Positions 6,501-15,843 are shown, counted from the stretch's first letter. The stretch is 64,000 nt of DNA from Candidatus Omnitrophota bacterium (GCA_020341815.1 CP070837.1:892064-956063); one strand, 5' to 3'. Notes: generated from the letters alone by a model not told the origin. Translations and numbers: made by a program.

Positions 6501-8835
6501 TGCCGTCAGTATAATTACAATTACCATAATTGGCCTCTGTATTATTACAAATATTATTATAAGAAAGAGTGGGGTGGGTATTGGGAGTATAGGCATATAT
6601 CCCCCCGTTATTATTGGTTATGATGTTATTTCTGATGATCGGGCTGAAAGAAGGAGCATCGGCGATACAAACTATTCCTCCTTTACCGCCATTGCCAACA
6701 ATGGTATTATTTTCTATAATCAACTGTCCATCGGCATCAAGACCTCGACAGTAAATTCCTGCATAAGTATTATCTATTAGCAAATTATTGAATAAATTTC
6801 CGTAGGCGTTAATACTGTCAAAACCGCCTTTTTTATTTTCGGAAATTTGACAATCTCTTATCTCAAAATTAATTGAAGGCTTTCCAAAAATATAGATTCC
6901 ATACTCACTATTCTCTCTTACAATACAGTTTTCTATTGTAATTAAACAATTTGAACTACCTTCCACTCTAATGCCATGCCATGCATTTTTGATTATCTTA
7001 CAATCCTTAATAAGCATTGTAGAAGTAAGCTGTTCGTAGACATAGACACCGGACCAGGCACTCTCAGTAATGGTAACACCATCGATCACTACATCGCAGG
7101 CATTATAGAATCCTATTCCACCTTCGATAATGGTTTCGCAGAGCTCGATATTGCGTGTCCAATTAGTTGACTCATATCCGCCTAACAAAATAAATTCCTG
7201 CGGAAAGTGCGGGCTTGTTACATATGTGCCTTGAGCAACACAAATCTTTGTCCCTTTGGTGGTACGCTTCCACAAATCCTTTAAATCTTTGTATGGATTA
7301 TCCTTGCTGCCGTCTGCTTCTACTGAGGCGCTATTGGCATCCACATAAATAATAGGGATTGCCTGTTCCATATCGCTATATGTGCTGTCAATCTCAGATG
7401 TATAATAGGTATGCAGGCGATAGTAATAGACAATGCCTCCTGATTCAGCCACATCATTATCGGTAAACGTAGTAATTGCAGCATCGGATATATCGCTGCC
7501 AAGCTGAACCCAGGAAGCAGGATTTTTCGGAGTTGCAGTGCGATAAATACGGTAGAAACTAAAATCGGGATTGGTTTCCTCATCCCAGTTTAATTCTACG
7601 GAAGCTAAATCCTCTGACCATTTAACTCTTGGCTCATCTAATAACTCTTGGTTGACATTAAAATCATATCCACCATTGTAGGCAGCAATGGAATAAAAAC
7701 TTGTATCGATAAACCTTAACCACCAATCTGCATTAACACCATCCTCAGTCCAGTCTATCCAGCTACCAGTTATACCATTACCATCAGGAACAGTTTGCCA
7801 GAGACCACTTTCTTTAGCCCAAGTAAGGGCAGAATTAAGATATGACTCTTGGCCTATATCAAGCCAACAGAGTGATGCCTGAAAGGAAAACCCGGGAGAC
7901 TTCCTATTTTCCTCTGCGCCGTCATTCCAGACCACAGCCCCATCTTCTTTTTGCAGGGTATTATGTATCCACTCCCCTACCTCTTCTGAATTTACGCCCC
8001 TGCAAGGCAAATCCAGCATCTGAGGAGCATAATTAATCCATTCATGCAATCCGGGGTCTTTGGGTATTCCGTTTTCATCAATCTTTCCGTGCCAGACACC
8101 AAAATCAGAGCTCTCAGGATCATCTATATATAAGTACTCATCAATACCTTCAATTATGCGCTTTGCAGCATAATCGCAGACTTCAGAGAAGTCTGTATCA
8201 CCTTTAATCATTGCCCACTTCTGCGCTGCCTTTAATGCCTGGTAGGCATAGGCATTATCAGAAGCCCAGCGCCAGAAGCGATAAATGCCTGAGGCATCCT
8301 TGCCGCCCCCTAACAATCCGTCATCGTTACCGCCTTTATTTTCGAGTTCCTGGCAAGATATAAGATAGCCCGCACCTTTTTTCATAGAATCATATCTATC
8401 TTCCCTGTAACCCAATTTATAAAAGGCAATCATTACTTCTGCTGTCTGAGTGGGTGACTTAGCCCAATCCACGACTTCAGAGTAGCTATATTGATCGCAC
8501 CAGGCCCCATCGTCTTCTTGTTGAATGCTTATCAAATAATCGGCAGCTAATTGGGCCCTTTCTAAATAGGAAGTATCTTCTAATATATCTGAAGCCATAA
8601 TAAGTCCTAAAATCGCCATGGCATTTTCACGCGGAACTATCCAGGTTGGGCTTCCATAGACGTTATTTATACACCCGTATGCAGAGTCTGCCTGCTCCAT
8701 AAATTGACATTTAAGGATATAATCGGCCTCTGTTTTGACCAACTCTGAATCGGCAAAAGCAATACCGGAGGTGCTTGCCAAGAATAAAACTAAGCAACTC
8801 AACATTATACCTTTTAATAGATTCTTAAGTCTCAT
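3535..8835 (-). CDS. Large secreted multidomain protein: alpha/alpha-toroid-like, Fn3, right-handed beta-helix, Ig/cadherin-like repeats, peptidase C39-like domain
   Basis: Signal peptide; IYVDA...DGS..NPY; NNTIVGN/IRNNIITNN beta-helix repeats; NHPPVL/ATDPD and ATDAAGN Ig repeats; SGAASAQM..GHW..TDP. Start overlaps the upstream stop (ATGA). Confidence 0.8.
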   Translation of the reverse strand: MRLKNLLKGIMLSCLVLFLASTSGIAFADSELVKTEADYILKCQFMEQADSAYGCINNVYGSPTWIVPRENAMAILGLIMASDILEDTSYLERAQLAADYLISIQQEDDGAWCDQYSYSEVVDWAKSPTQTAEVMIAFYKLGYREDRYDSMKKGAGYLISCQELENKGGNDDGLLGGGKDASGIYRFWRWASDNAYAYQALKAAQKWAMIKGDTDFSEVCDYAAKRIIEGIDEYLYIDDPESSDFGVWHGKIDENGIPKDPGLHEWINYAPQMLDLPCRGVNSEEVGEWIHNTLQKEDGAVVWNDGAEENRKSPGFSFQASLCWLDIGQESYLNSALTWAKESGLWQTVPDGNGITGSWIDWTEDGVNADWWLRFIDTSFYSIAAYNGGYDFNVNQELLDEPRVKWSEDLASVELNWDEETNPDFSFYRIYRTATPKNPASWVQLGSDISDAAITTFTDNDVAESGGIVYYYRLHTYYTSEIDSTYSDMEQAIPIIYVDANSASVEADGSKDNPYKDLKDLWKRTTKGTKICVAQGTYVTSPHFPQEFILLGGYESTNWTRNIELCETIIEGGIGFYNACDVVIDGVTITESAWSGVYVYEQLTSTMLIKDCKIIKNAWHGIRVEGSSNCLITIENCIVRENSEYGIYIFGKPSINFEIRDCQISENKKGGFDSINAYGNLFNNLLIDNTYAGIYCRGLDADGQLIIENNTIVGNGGKGGIVCIADAPSFSPIIRNNIITNNNGGIYAYTPNTHPTLSYNNICNNTEANYGNCNYTDGNIFMYPLFVEGPQGQYYLDKYSPCVDAGSDAAINLGFNYNYTTRTNAQPDINQVDMGYHYKAIFTDNHPPVLNEIADITVTEGQTITITPSATDPDEEDILTYSYSGWMIEQTYVTTFDDAGVHKVTVTVSDGSFIDSQEVTITVNDVNRAPILNPIGNRTIDENQELVITPSASDPDGEEVWYGWENAGVDVPIGAVFEAGVVRWTPTYDQAGGDYRLTCWAYDKELLRSNQETIVITVNNVDIAPPVVAITYPEDGAKIQIGTSLSFSGTATDDSGLESIETKINGEDAGVSVTIEDISNWSFVAGLVQTDTLAPGSTLTFEARAIDAAGNQSPWQSITVELENSPDTAPPTISIDPVSTPTNQDVTLTYTVEDDRSSGDKIVVTSDNDLPPTYTYTEEGDYTITLTATDEAGNSSSGSVSFTIDRTAPQVTITNPANNSGVNDVLIDISGTIDDDTATVEIEVTGANTNYSSADNMGDGTFSASGVTIEGEGQRNIVKVIATDAAGNEGEDSISVFKGWVLHIDLPEYYAEELLPEPYNFASSGAASAQMIIDLMRPEDDTPSQLEIYEYGHPYNKASLDEMDPHAIDYALGHFDYYDNLGEGDAPAGGRSNYGYNFGIEEYEPDQFKEYLRDITHWIAYPVTKEDWHNYQDETDLVAEPYTPAAVPAYGTYGHWLVINGAACDMNPYPFEPHSRYHRLSDLSNFTVYGLWLTDPQGQGIGQDNYLTAGECQATMLLPLTAEDDYKGKYLQVAEPPSEPSDAEVSLAEPRINESTRELVRIADYLSGESTDPVKKHLLDRALVVNLNEEQELISYTIEEDLLNIFKPENEATSRINWKEIIDPSLLTDEKFTQSIQGSIARSFIPVQRLDKAGKDYYLVPFDNFFQGQFLSYAAIIIDREEGYFKQASWVDEPVRFIQISKEEAIEKVLAQSEEEPAEIKAELVYSPELTTSPFYPVWRITTEDKTYYINQETLRTLNSNTENTE

Positions 8836-9506
8836 TTTTCCTCTCCCATTCCCATTGAAAATGCTTCTTGTGCAATTTTTAACCATCTTTTATCCTTGCT
8901 AATAACGTTAAAATTCTTTAATTCAATATCTGTTGTAATCTCCTCGGCCTCTATAATTTCATTTGGGGTCCTAATGATACAATTGCCTTCGGCCAGAAGG
9001 GTTTTATCTTGATTATTCCATTTTAGTTCATTGCAAGTTAACACTCTTTTATCTTCCGTGGTCAGGGTTGCATTTCCGTAAAGCTCTACACCCTTGCTTA
9101 AGGAATTGACTACAGCTGTGCGGGCGCACGCTGTGGAAACCGCAAGGTTATTTTTATAAAAGGAGATTTTAGGCTTTTCTACTTCCATTACCTTGCCTAC
9201 ATTTATGCGAAAGATCCCGAATTTTGGGCTTTTTGTCTGTAAGCGCTCACCGGATAAGATATAGCTCTTCTCTGCCCTGCTGCTTATTTTTGCATATTCG
9301 GTAAAGCTGAAATTTCCGACATCAAGATTCTCTGCACCGGATGAGGCCCTTGAAGACTGGATGGATTCTAACCCTCTGCGGATAATTACTTCTTTGGACT
9401 TGCTTCTATTTATAATACCAATGCATAAAAGCACAATACCCAAAACAGCAATGGGTAGCACAAATATAGTTATTAGCATTTTCTTGATGTTTTCAGGATT
9501 TGTCAT
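8832..9506 (-). CDS. Membrane-anchored LptC/OstA-like beta-jellyroll protein
   Basis: N-terminal TM; L.GNATL...LTCNELKWN...L.AEGN pattern. Confidence 0.55.
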   Translation of the reverse strand: MTNPENIKKMLITIFVLPIAVLGIVLLCIGIINRSKSKEVIIRRGLESIQSSRASSGAENLDVGNFSFTEYAKISSRAEKSYILSGERLQTKSPKFGIFRINVGKVMEVEKPKISFYKNNLAVSTACARTAVVNSLSKGVELYGNATLTTEDKRVLTCNELKWNNQDKTLLAEGNCIIRTPNEIIEAEEITTDIELKNFNVISKDKRWLKIAQEAFSMGMGEEK

Positions 9507-9534
9507 ATCTTTGTTTGGATTGGCATAGATTAAT

Positions 9535-9581
9535 AAAAAGCCACTAAGGGCTCGCCTTTTTCCTCCGCCTAGTGGTTTTTT
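9535..9581 (-). terminator. Terminator-like hairpin in a 5' leader
   Basis: AAAAACCACTA...TAGTGGCTTTTT between a promoter and the ORF starting at 9506. Confidence 0.55.
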
Positions 9582-9651
9582 ATAAAAGTATGAATAAAGA
9601 CTATCTTGTAGGTCAAGACTTATGCAACTACTTTATAAAGTAATAAAGTAT

Positions 9652-9680
9652 AATATAGCAAAATGCAGGACATCTGTCAA
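9652..9680 (-). promoter_or_regulatory. sigma70 promoter
   Basis: TTGACA-N17-TATATT. Confidence 0.65.
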
Positions 9681-9775
9681 GAAAAATTATGAAACAATTT
9701 TTCGCAGACCTCGTGGCGAAGCTTTACGGGTCAAGGATTTTTTTTGACCGTAGAAATGTCCATCGAAAGGCAGTT

Positions 9776-10138
9776 TTAGATGCTTTTTTGGCGGTAATAG
9801 GAATAGACCCGGCCTACATCAAGGGGGTCAATGGTAATGAATTTTATACCAGTTTCATGCAAATTAATGCTTTGACCGGCTCTTTCGATTATTCCATAAG
9901 GCTTGGTCCAGACAACCTCACCCACGCCTCTAATGGCCCTCTGGGGATTGTCCGGAACGGTTATCTCCACTTCCAGTATTGTGCCTGCCTGGAGCTTCTC
10001 GGTTAAACAAACCCCCATTCCCCCGCCTCCGATATTCTGGGGCAGGGTTTCGATCTTTTCTCTATCCCGGCCCTGCACAGCATAGCGCACATTGGCAATA
10101 CCACCAAGCCGATGAAAGACTCTTCTATCTTTAGACAT
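9776..10138 (-). CDS. PilZ domain protein
   Basis: RRVFHR and NIGGGG motifs. Confidence 0.85.
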   Translation of the reverse strand: MSKDRRVFHRLGGIANVRYAVQGRDREKIETLPQNIGGGGMGVCLTEKLQAGTILEVEITVPDNPQRAIRGVGEVVWTKPYGIIERAGQSINLHETGIKFITIDPLDVGRVYSYYRQKSI

Positions 10139-10150
10139 AATAACACCTCA

Positions 10151-10495
10151 TTATCTGGTATGGTAAAACTTTACCAGATGGCTGCCTTCAAAAAAAAGAT
10201 GCTGGGTTTCTGCAAGATAATCTACATTTATAGGCAAATTGGGGTAACGACCGTGATAAATCCATTCTTCCTGCACCATGCCCTGGGCATCGCTCTTGAC
10301 TACATTAACTATATCGGGGTCGCCCCACAAGGAGCGCACCTTCTCCTTGGTCATTCCTGTACGTAACGGACTTTCTCCTAATGGCTGGCGCATTATATCT
10401 TCGGGCGTAGGCGGGCTAATTTCGCTGCAGCCGGCAGAAAACAGCGCAAGAGCTAATCCTAAAAAGATTACGAGTTTATTCAGACTAAACCCCAT
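10151..10495 (-). CDS. Lipoprotein, SmpA/OmlA (BamE)-like
   Basis: Lipobox SAGC; GMTKEKVRSLWGDP...EEWIY. Confidence 0.65.
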   Translation of the reverse strand: MGFSLNKLVIFLGLALALFSAGCSEISPPTPEDIMRQPLGESPLRTGMTKEKVRSLWGDPDIVNVVKSDAQGMVQEEWIYHGRYPNLPINVDYLAETQHLFFEGSHLVKFYHTR

Positions 10496-10988
10496 TACCG
10501 CGCTCCCTCCTCTGGTTAATAAAACTGCCTAAGACAGCCTCATCTTGCGGCTCTACTTTAGTAAACTTAATTCCTGCGTTAAATAATTTTTTATCATTTC
10601 CTTCTGCACCAGGATTACCTGAGGCCTCTTTTATCCAGACTATCTCTCCTTGAGCAATGATAGTCTTCTCATTCTGCGGCAGGTTAAACTGAAGTTCCAG
10701 AAGCGTTCCGGGAAACAGCTTCTCAGTCAACCCTATACCTATGCCCCCTAAGCTAATATCCCGGCTTACAGCATCTCGCTTTTTAGCCGCATCATTGGAT
10801 AGAACTTCATAATGAACTTCAATCTCAGCGCTTACACGGGGAGTCTTCCTTCTCTCGGCTCCTTTATCCCAGACACCGTTCAGCGTTGCGCTCTTTTTAG
10901 CCAGCTTTCTTTTTCTGCGGTCGTCCTGATAAACTGCAATTAATATAAGGATTAAAAATACAATTAACCCTACCTGAACTATAATCAT
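10485..10988 (-). CDS. Membrane-anchored PilZ domain protein
   Basis: N-terminal TM; ERRKTPR and DISLGG. Confidence 0.85.
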   Translation of the reverse strand: MIIVQVGLIVFLILILIAVYQDDRRKRKLAKKSATLNGVWDKGAERRKTPRVSAEIEVHYEVLSNDAAKKRDAVSRDISLGGIGIGLTEKLFPGTLLELQFNLPQNEKTIIAQGEIVWIKEASGNPGAEGNDKKLFNAGIKFTKVEPQDEAVLGSFINQRRERGNGV

Positions 10989-10992
10989 ATCT

Positions 10993-11442
10993 TTACTTTT
11001 CTTTGTTTAGGCGTGCAGAGACAATCTGGCTGACCAGCTTTCCATCGGCCTGCCCTTTAAAATGCGCCATGGCTGTTTTCATTACCTTACCGAAATCCGA
11101 TTTATCTTTTGCCCCTGTCTCGGCAATTACTTTATCCACCACTTTGGTAATTTCTTCGGATGAGAGCTGTTCGGGCAGATATTTTTTCAGGATTTGGAGC
11201 TCTTTGGTTTCTTTTTCTACTAGCTCCTGCCTGTTTCCCTTTTTGAATTGCTCGATGGAATCCTGATGCTGCTGCACCTGCTTGGAAATAATCTTAACAA
11301 CCTCTGCCTCCTGGAGCTTCTCGCCCTTCTTCTCAATCTGCTTATTATGGATAGCGGCCTTAAGCATCCGAAGAGTAGAGATAGCAATTGTATCTTTTCT
11401 CTTCAGGGCCTCTTTAAAATCACTTTCTATTTTCTCTATCAT
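10993..11442 (-). CDS. GatB/YqeY domain protein
   Basis: TLRMLKAAIHN..SIEQF..YLPEQLS..ADGKLVS. Confidence 0.9.
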   Translation of the reverse strand: MIEKIESDFKEALKRKDTIAISTLRMLKAAIHNKQIEKKGEKLQEAEVVKIISKQVQQHQDSIEQFKKGNRQELVEKETKELQILKKYLPEQLSSEEITKVVDKVIAETGAKDKSDFGKVMKTAMAHFKGQADGKLVSQIVSARLNKEK

Positions 11443-11448
11443 CTTTGT

Positions 11449-11802
11449 TTAAATGTTTAAGTTTTTTAACTGGCTGTACATAAGATTGCATAAATATTGA
11501 AGAAAATCCTGCTTGGCTTCTTCGGAGATATGAATAAATTCTAAGCCCACGACACAACTATCCTTTCCCTCTCCGCACCAAACAACCTTGGCCTTAATTG
11601 CAACCGCATCAGATCTTGTGGGTATCTTAACATTAATATTTAAGAGGCTGCCTTTAGGTATCTCCTCTTTAACGGGGAAACTTACACCATCCGGGCTGAT
11701 ATCTTTAGTAGTGCTCTTCTGAGGCAAGGCCTCTTTCCCCTCAACAGTATAACTGACTTCTAAAGGAGTGGTCATGCGCACATATTTTCTTCTTTCTCGC
11801 AT
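11449..11802 (-). CDS. PilZ domain protein
   Basis: ERRKYVR and DISPDG. Confidence 0.85.
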   Translation of the reverse strand: MRERRKYVRMTTPLEVSYTVEGKEALPQKSTTKDISPDGVSFPVKEEIPKGSLLNINVKIPTRSDAVAIKAKVVWCGEGKDSCVVGLEFIHISEEAKQDFLQYLCNLMYSQLKNLNI

Positions 11803-11866
11803 TTTATTATCCTTTAGTTAAATATATTACAAAATAAATCCGAAAATCGCAAGATAAATCTTTATT

Positions 11867-12616
11867 TTAAAGAGAAAATTTCATCAAATCACTCGCGACA
11901 ACAATCTCGCCCTTAAAGGCTTTTTTGGCCTGTCTGGTTATTGCATTTGCCTCACAAACCGGATAAAGATGGGAAAGCACAAGTTTTTTACAGTTTGCTG
12001 CTTGAGCAATCTCTGCGGCCTCATAAGGCGTCAGGTGCCCTTTTACTTTCATCTCATCGGGAAAGGAGCAGTCCAAAATCAAGATATCGGCATCGCGCCC
12101 CAGCTTGACTATATTTTCGCACACATCTGTGTCACCGGAATAGACCGCTATTTTTTTACCCGACTCTATTCGGTATCCCAGGCTCTCAAGGCTATGTTGC
12201 ATCTGCGAAGTATATATCTTGTATCCGTCACCTTCAAAGAACGGCTCTTTTATTTCTCTTAAGTTAAGCTTATAAGCCTCAGGGCTTATAACATCCCCAT
12301 AAATATTCAATAATCCGTTGTAAAACTCCTGCAAGCCGCTAGGGCCAGCTAAAAGCAGTTCCTTTGTACGCAAAGATAAGGCATATTTTGCGGCGAATAA
12401 AAAAGTTGCCAGATCCAGCGTGTGGTCGGTGTGAAAATGCGTGTAAAAGATGCAATCCACATCATGATAAGTGACACCCGCCTTTAGCAGGTTCTTAATT
12501 GTTCCGGGACCCGTATCAAAAACTAAAGTCTTATTTTCTATTTTTATCAGCAAACCGGAGGCATTTCTTTTTAACGAAGGAACTCCGGTGCCTGAGCCCA
12601 GAATTGTTATTTCCAA
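11867..12616 (-). CDS. MBL-fold hydrolase (RNase Z/BN-like)
   Basis: LGSG, THFHTDH, YSGDT, LSHLYP. Confidence 0.85.
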   Translation of the reverse strand: MEITILGSGTGVPSLKRNASGLLIKIENKTLVFDTGPGTIKNLLKAGVTYHDVDCIFYTHFHTDHTLDLATFLFAAKYALSLRTKELLLAGPSGLQEFYNGLLNIYGDVISPEAYKLNLREIKEPFFEGDGYKIYTSQMQHSLESLGYRIESGKKIAVYSGDTDVCENIVKLGRDADILILDCSFPDEMKVKGHLTPYEAAEIAQAANCKKLVLSHLYPVCEANAITRQAKKAFKGEIVVASDLMKFSL

Positions 12617-12619
12617 ATC

Positions 12620-13282
12620 TTAAACTTCCTTATCTATTTCCAAAGGACAAGTACTGCACAGCGGCTTTTTGCGGCAGAACGCTTTAGCCAGGCGCACAAT
12701 CAAGGCATGGTATTCATTGAACAGGCGCAAACTGCGAGGTAGATTTCTTTCGAATAAAGCTTGTATCTGAGCGTAAGTTGCCTGGTGCTTAATTAATTTA
12801 TGACGCGTGAGAAATCTTCTGGTGTAGGCATCTACAACGAAGACCGGCTTATCGGCCGCATACAATAAAATACTATCTGCAGTTTCAGGGCCAATTCCCT
12901 TAATCCCGAGTAATTTCTCTCTTAAAAGCGCCGGCTCCAAAGAAAACATCCGGGATAAGCTGCCCTTAAAGTCGGTAAATAAGGTTTCTAAGAAGCTTTT
13001 GATTCTGGCGGTTTTTATATTGTAATATCCGCAAGGCCTGATAGCTTCAGCTATCCTCTTTACATCGGTATGATATAACTTTTCGGGGCTGAGGAATCTT
13101 TTTTTCTTTAACTGAGAAATTGCCTTTTCTACATTTCCCCAGTTGGTATTTTGCGTAAGAATTGCACCCAGCACTACCTCAAAAGCGCTGTCTGCCGGCC
13201 ACCAATGCTGAGGACCAAAATGCGAATAAAGCTTCTTGTAAGCACCTTTTAAATATCCAGTAATATACTTATCGCGCTGCAT
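12620..13282 (-). CDS. Endonuclease III-related HhH-GPD DNA glycosylase
   Basis: GAILTQNTNW, GIGPETADSI, VVDAY, C-terminal CxxxxxCxxC. Confidence 0.9.
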   Translation of the reverse strand: MQRDKYITGYLKGAYKKLYSHFGPQHWWPADSAFEVVLGAILTQNTNWGNVEKAISQLKKKRFLSPEKLYHTDVKRIAEAIRPCGYYNIKTARIKSFLETLFTDFKGSLSRMFSLEPALLREKLLGIKGIGPETADSILLYAADKPVFVVDAYTRRFLTRHKLIKHQATYAQIQALFERNLPRSLRLFNEYHALIVRLAKAFCRKKPLCSTCPLEIDKEV

Positions 13283-13292
13283 CGTGCCTAAC

Positions 13293-13700
13293 TCAGGTCT
13301 CTTCCGGTGCCCCTATTTGATTAAGGAGTTCTTCCGTTGTGAAAATGGGGCATTTGGCTCTTAAGGCCAGGGCAATACTGTCACTGGGCCGGGCATCGAT
13401 GACAATCCCCTTGCCATTGTTGCCGTTCAAAACTAATTTGGCGTAAAATGTATTTTTCTGGAGCTTATCTATAATTACCTCTTTTAAACTTGCCCCCAAT
13501 CGCTCGATTGTGTTTTTGAGTAAGTCATGGGTCATCGGGCGCGGTGTGCGGATTCCGCTAATCTTGAGCTTGATGGCGGAGGCCTCAGGGATGCCAATGA
13601 TTATAGGCAGCGTGCGTTTGCCCTTCTTTTCCTTCAAGACCACCATCTGCTCCCCCCTTCTCTCGTTCATCAATATCCTGATTAATTCCATCTCTACCAT
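13293..13700 (-). CDS. Bifunctional nuclease family protein (DUF151)
   Basis: LPIIIG..EA, PRPMTHDLL, DARPSDSIALALR. Confidence 0.9.
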   Translation of the reverse strand: MVEMELIRILMNERRGEQMVVLKEKKGKRTLPIIIGIPEASAIKLKISGIRTPRPMTHDLLKNTIERLGASLKEVIIDKLQKNTFYAKLVLNGNNGKGIVIDARPSDSIALALRAKCPIFTTEELLNQIGAPEET

Positions 13701-13701
13701 C

Positions 13702-14097
13702 TTAGCATTCCTGCGCTTCCTTATTATTAAAATTAGGGGATTGAAGTATGCATTGCTTAATCTTTTCTTTGTCTTTTTTGGATAAATCGGTAAAGAAAAT
13801 GGCTATATTCTGATAGGCGGTGTCTGCCTCTTTCATAATTACGGGTTCGGACCTTACCACCACTCCGTTGCATTTAACTTTTTCGGTGTTAAGCTTATTT
13901 CTGCGATAGATGGGAAGAAGCAAAATAAGGCTTATTTTGGACATCAGGGGCAGGGGTTTGTCTATGCGGCAATAGACTCCCGAACAGCTTATATTTCTGG
14001 TTTCGGTAATTACGTCTAAGCCTTTTTTGGAAATCTTAAGCGGCAGGATAGTTTGTGTACGCTGATATTTCCTTCTCTCCAGTACTGCTCTAGACAT
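13702..14097 (-). CDS. PilZ domain protein
   Basis: ERRKYQR and NISCSG. Confidence 0.85.
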   Translation of the reverse strand: MSRAVLERRKYQRTQTILPLKISKKGLDVITETRNISCSGVYCRIDKPLPLMSKISLILLLPIYRRNKLNTEKVKCNGVVVRSEPVIMKEADTAYQNIAIFFTDLSKKDKEKIKQCILQSPNFNNKEAQEC

Positions 14098-14127
14098 CTT
14101 TTACCTCCGCGCTTTCCAGAGCTCTCT

Positions 14128-15192
14128 TCACAAGCTCTCTGCTAAATATTTTATCGAACAGACCATCTTCTCTGCCTCTTTATAGGCGGCGGAACTCTTT
14201 CTTATCTTGTAACCGGACATCTCTCCTTGGCTATCGTAAACGCCTCTTAAATGAATAATCAAGCGATTAGCGACCAAAGGGCTAGCTTTTGGCGAATTTC
14301 CTATCTCGACTCTATAATAAAGCTTATTTCTTGTAAAAGGCCCCCACTCCTGCCGAATCTGCTCAAACAGGGAAATATCTTTTTCTTTAAAGGCCTGCAA
14401 ATTATATTTTGCGGGGTCGGCGGAAGTAATAAAACATCCGTGTTTTTTAAACACATCTATAACGGTGGAATGTATAGCTCGTTTGGAGGCGTTGATATCA
14501 ACAATTATGCTTTCCGGCTCAACCCTAACAGCTGCCTCCAGAACTTCTCCGGCCTTCTCCAACATTGCGGAGGCCTCTCTATTTTTGGGATTCAGCTTCA
14601 ATATTTCCTGGAGTTTCTCGGCGGCCAGTTCATATTCCATTTCTTTAGAATATCTCCTGGCCTGGATAAGAAGTTTCTCCACTCTATCGCGCCGGGAGGC
14701 CTTCTCTACCTTATCGAGCAATTCAAGGGCCTCTCTATTGTCCGGATCCAGCCTCAAAACCTCACCAGCCTTTTTTGTAAGCTTTAGATAATCCTTATCC
14801 TTGAAATAATCCTGGGCCTCCTTAAGAAGCTCATCTACCCTATCATGCAGAAGTTCCTTTCTCTGTTCTCGGCCAAGCATGGTCTCTTTTATGAACGGCT
14901 TTACTATATCGCCGACTTTAATAGTCTTATTTTTATAAGTACATTCTATATCGGCTCCGGTAAACTTCTTACGCACTTTCGCTGCCTTAATTTCGGCGAC
15001 TTCTGCACCCTGGCGGTAGACCCTAAAGGAGGAATCCTGCTTGATGCCGTCGTTAGCCCCTAAATCGAATATGACAAAACCCATATTTTTATCGACATAT
15101 ACAACACGCCCCGAAGACCCTTGAGCAAAACCAGATGTGCTTATAAATACAAACACAGAAATTAGCATGACAGATCTTAATAATCTCTTCAT
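14128..15192 (-). CDS. Secreted TPR-containing protein
   Basis: Signal peptide; VL.LDPDNREA and IL.LNPKNREA TPR repeats; SD AAGGAG before the ATG at 15192. Confidence 0.7.
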   Translation of the reverse strand: MKRLLRSVMLISVFVFISTSGFAQGSSGRVVYVDKNMGFVIFDLGANDGIKQDSSFRVYRQGAEVAEIKAAKVRKKFTGADIECTYKNKTIKVGDIVKPFIKETMLGREQRKELLHDRVDELLKEAQDYFKDKDYLKLTKKAGEVLRLDPDNREALELLDKVEKASRRDRVEKLLIQARRYSKEMEYELAAEKLQEILKLNPKNREASAMLEKAGEVLEAAVRVEPESIIVDINASKRAIHSTVIDVFKKHGCFITSADPAKYNLQAFKEKDISLFEQIRQEWGPFTRNKLYYRVEIGNSPKASPLVANRLIIHLRGVYDSQGEMSGYKIRKSSAAYKEAEKMVCSIKYLAESL

Positions 15193-15230
15193 TGGTCTAA
15201 TCTCTCCTTTTGTATTCTGTACCCACAACC

Positions 15231-15740
15231 TCAATATTCTATTCCCGCCCGGGCAACAATACCACTTTTATAATAATGCTTTAACTCTTTAATATCACTT
15301 ACCAGGTCTGCAATTTCCAAAATCTCAGGATGAGCATCTCTTCCGGTGAGAACTATCTCCAGGCGCTGGGGCCTGTTTTTTAAGATCTTTTTGAGTTCTC
15401 CGAGTTTAAACAGACCGAAGTTAAGGGCGACATTGGCTTCATCTAAAATTACTAAATCGTATTTGTCGCTTTCTATGGCTTCCTGGCTGGCGGCTAATCC
15501 CTTTTGCGCAAGCTGTTTATCTTTTAAGGACACGCTCTCGCGGCAGATTCTTTCCCCGGAGCCTGCCTGCAATATCTTAATTTTACGAAAACGGCGAAGG
15601 GCTTTTATCTCGCCGAGGTCCTTCCCTTCCTTCATAAACTGAACCAGAAAAACTCGCCTTCCCTGCCCCAGGGCCCTTAAGGCAAGCCCTATGGCTGCGG
15701 TGGTTTTGCCCTTACCGTTACCGGTATAAACTTGTAACAT
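15231..15740 (-). CDS. cobO: Cob(I)yrinic acid a,c-diamide adenosyltransferase
   Basis: YTGNGKGKTTAA, ILDE, LTGR, GIEY. Confidence 0.9.
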   Translation of the reverse strand: MLQVYTGNGKGKTTAAIGLALRALGQGRRVFLVQFMKEGKDLGEIKALRRFRKIKILQAGSGERICRESVSLKDKQLAQKGLAASQEAIESDKYDLVILDEANVALNFGLFKLGELKKILKNRPQRLEIVLTGRDAHPEILEIADLVSDIKELKHYYKSGIVARAGIEY

Positions 15741-15774
15741 TGTCTTGGGGGTGTTTTTTTATTTTCATAGAAGT

Positions 15775-15803
15775 TATCATACAAGATAACTATTTCTTTG
15801 TCA
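15775..15803 (-). promoter_or_regulatory. sigma70 promoter for cobO
   Basis: TTGACA-N17-TATGAT. Confidence 0.7.
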
Positions 15804-15804
15804 A

Positions 15805-15843
15805 TAAAAAACGGATAAACGCGAAATACTTGCGCTCATCCGT
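15805..15843 (-). terminator. Intrinsic terminator
   Basis: ACGGATGAGCGC / GCGTTTATCCGT hairpin followed by a T-tract. Confidence 0.75.
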
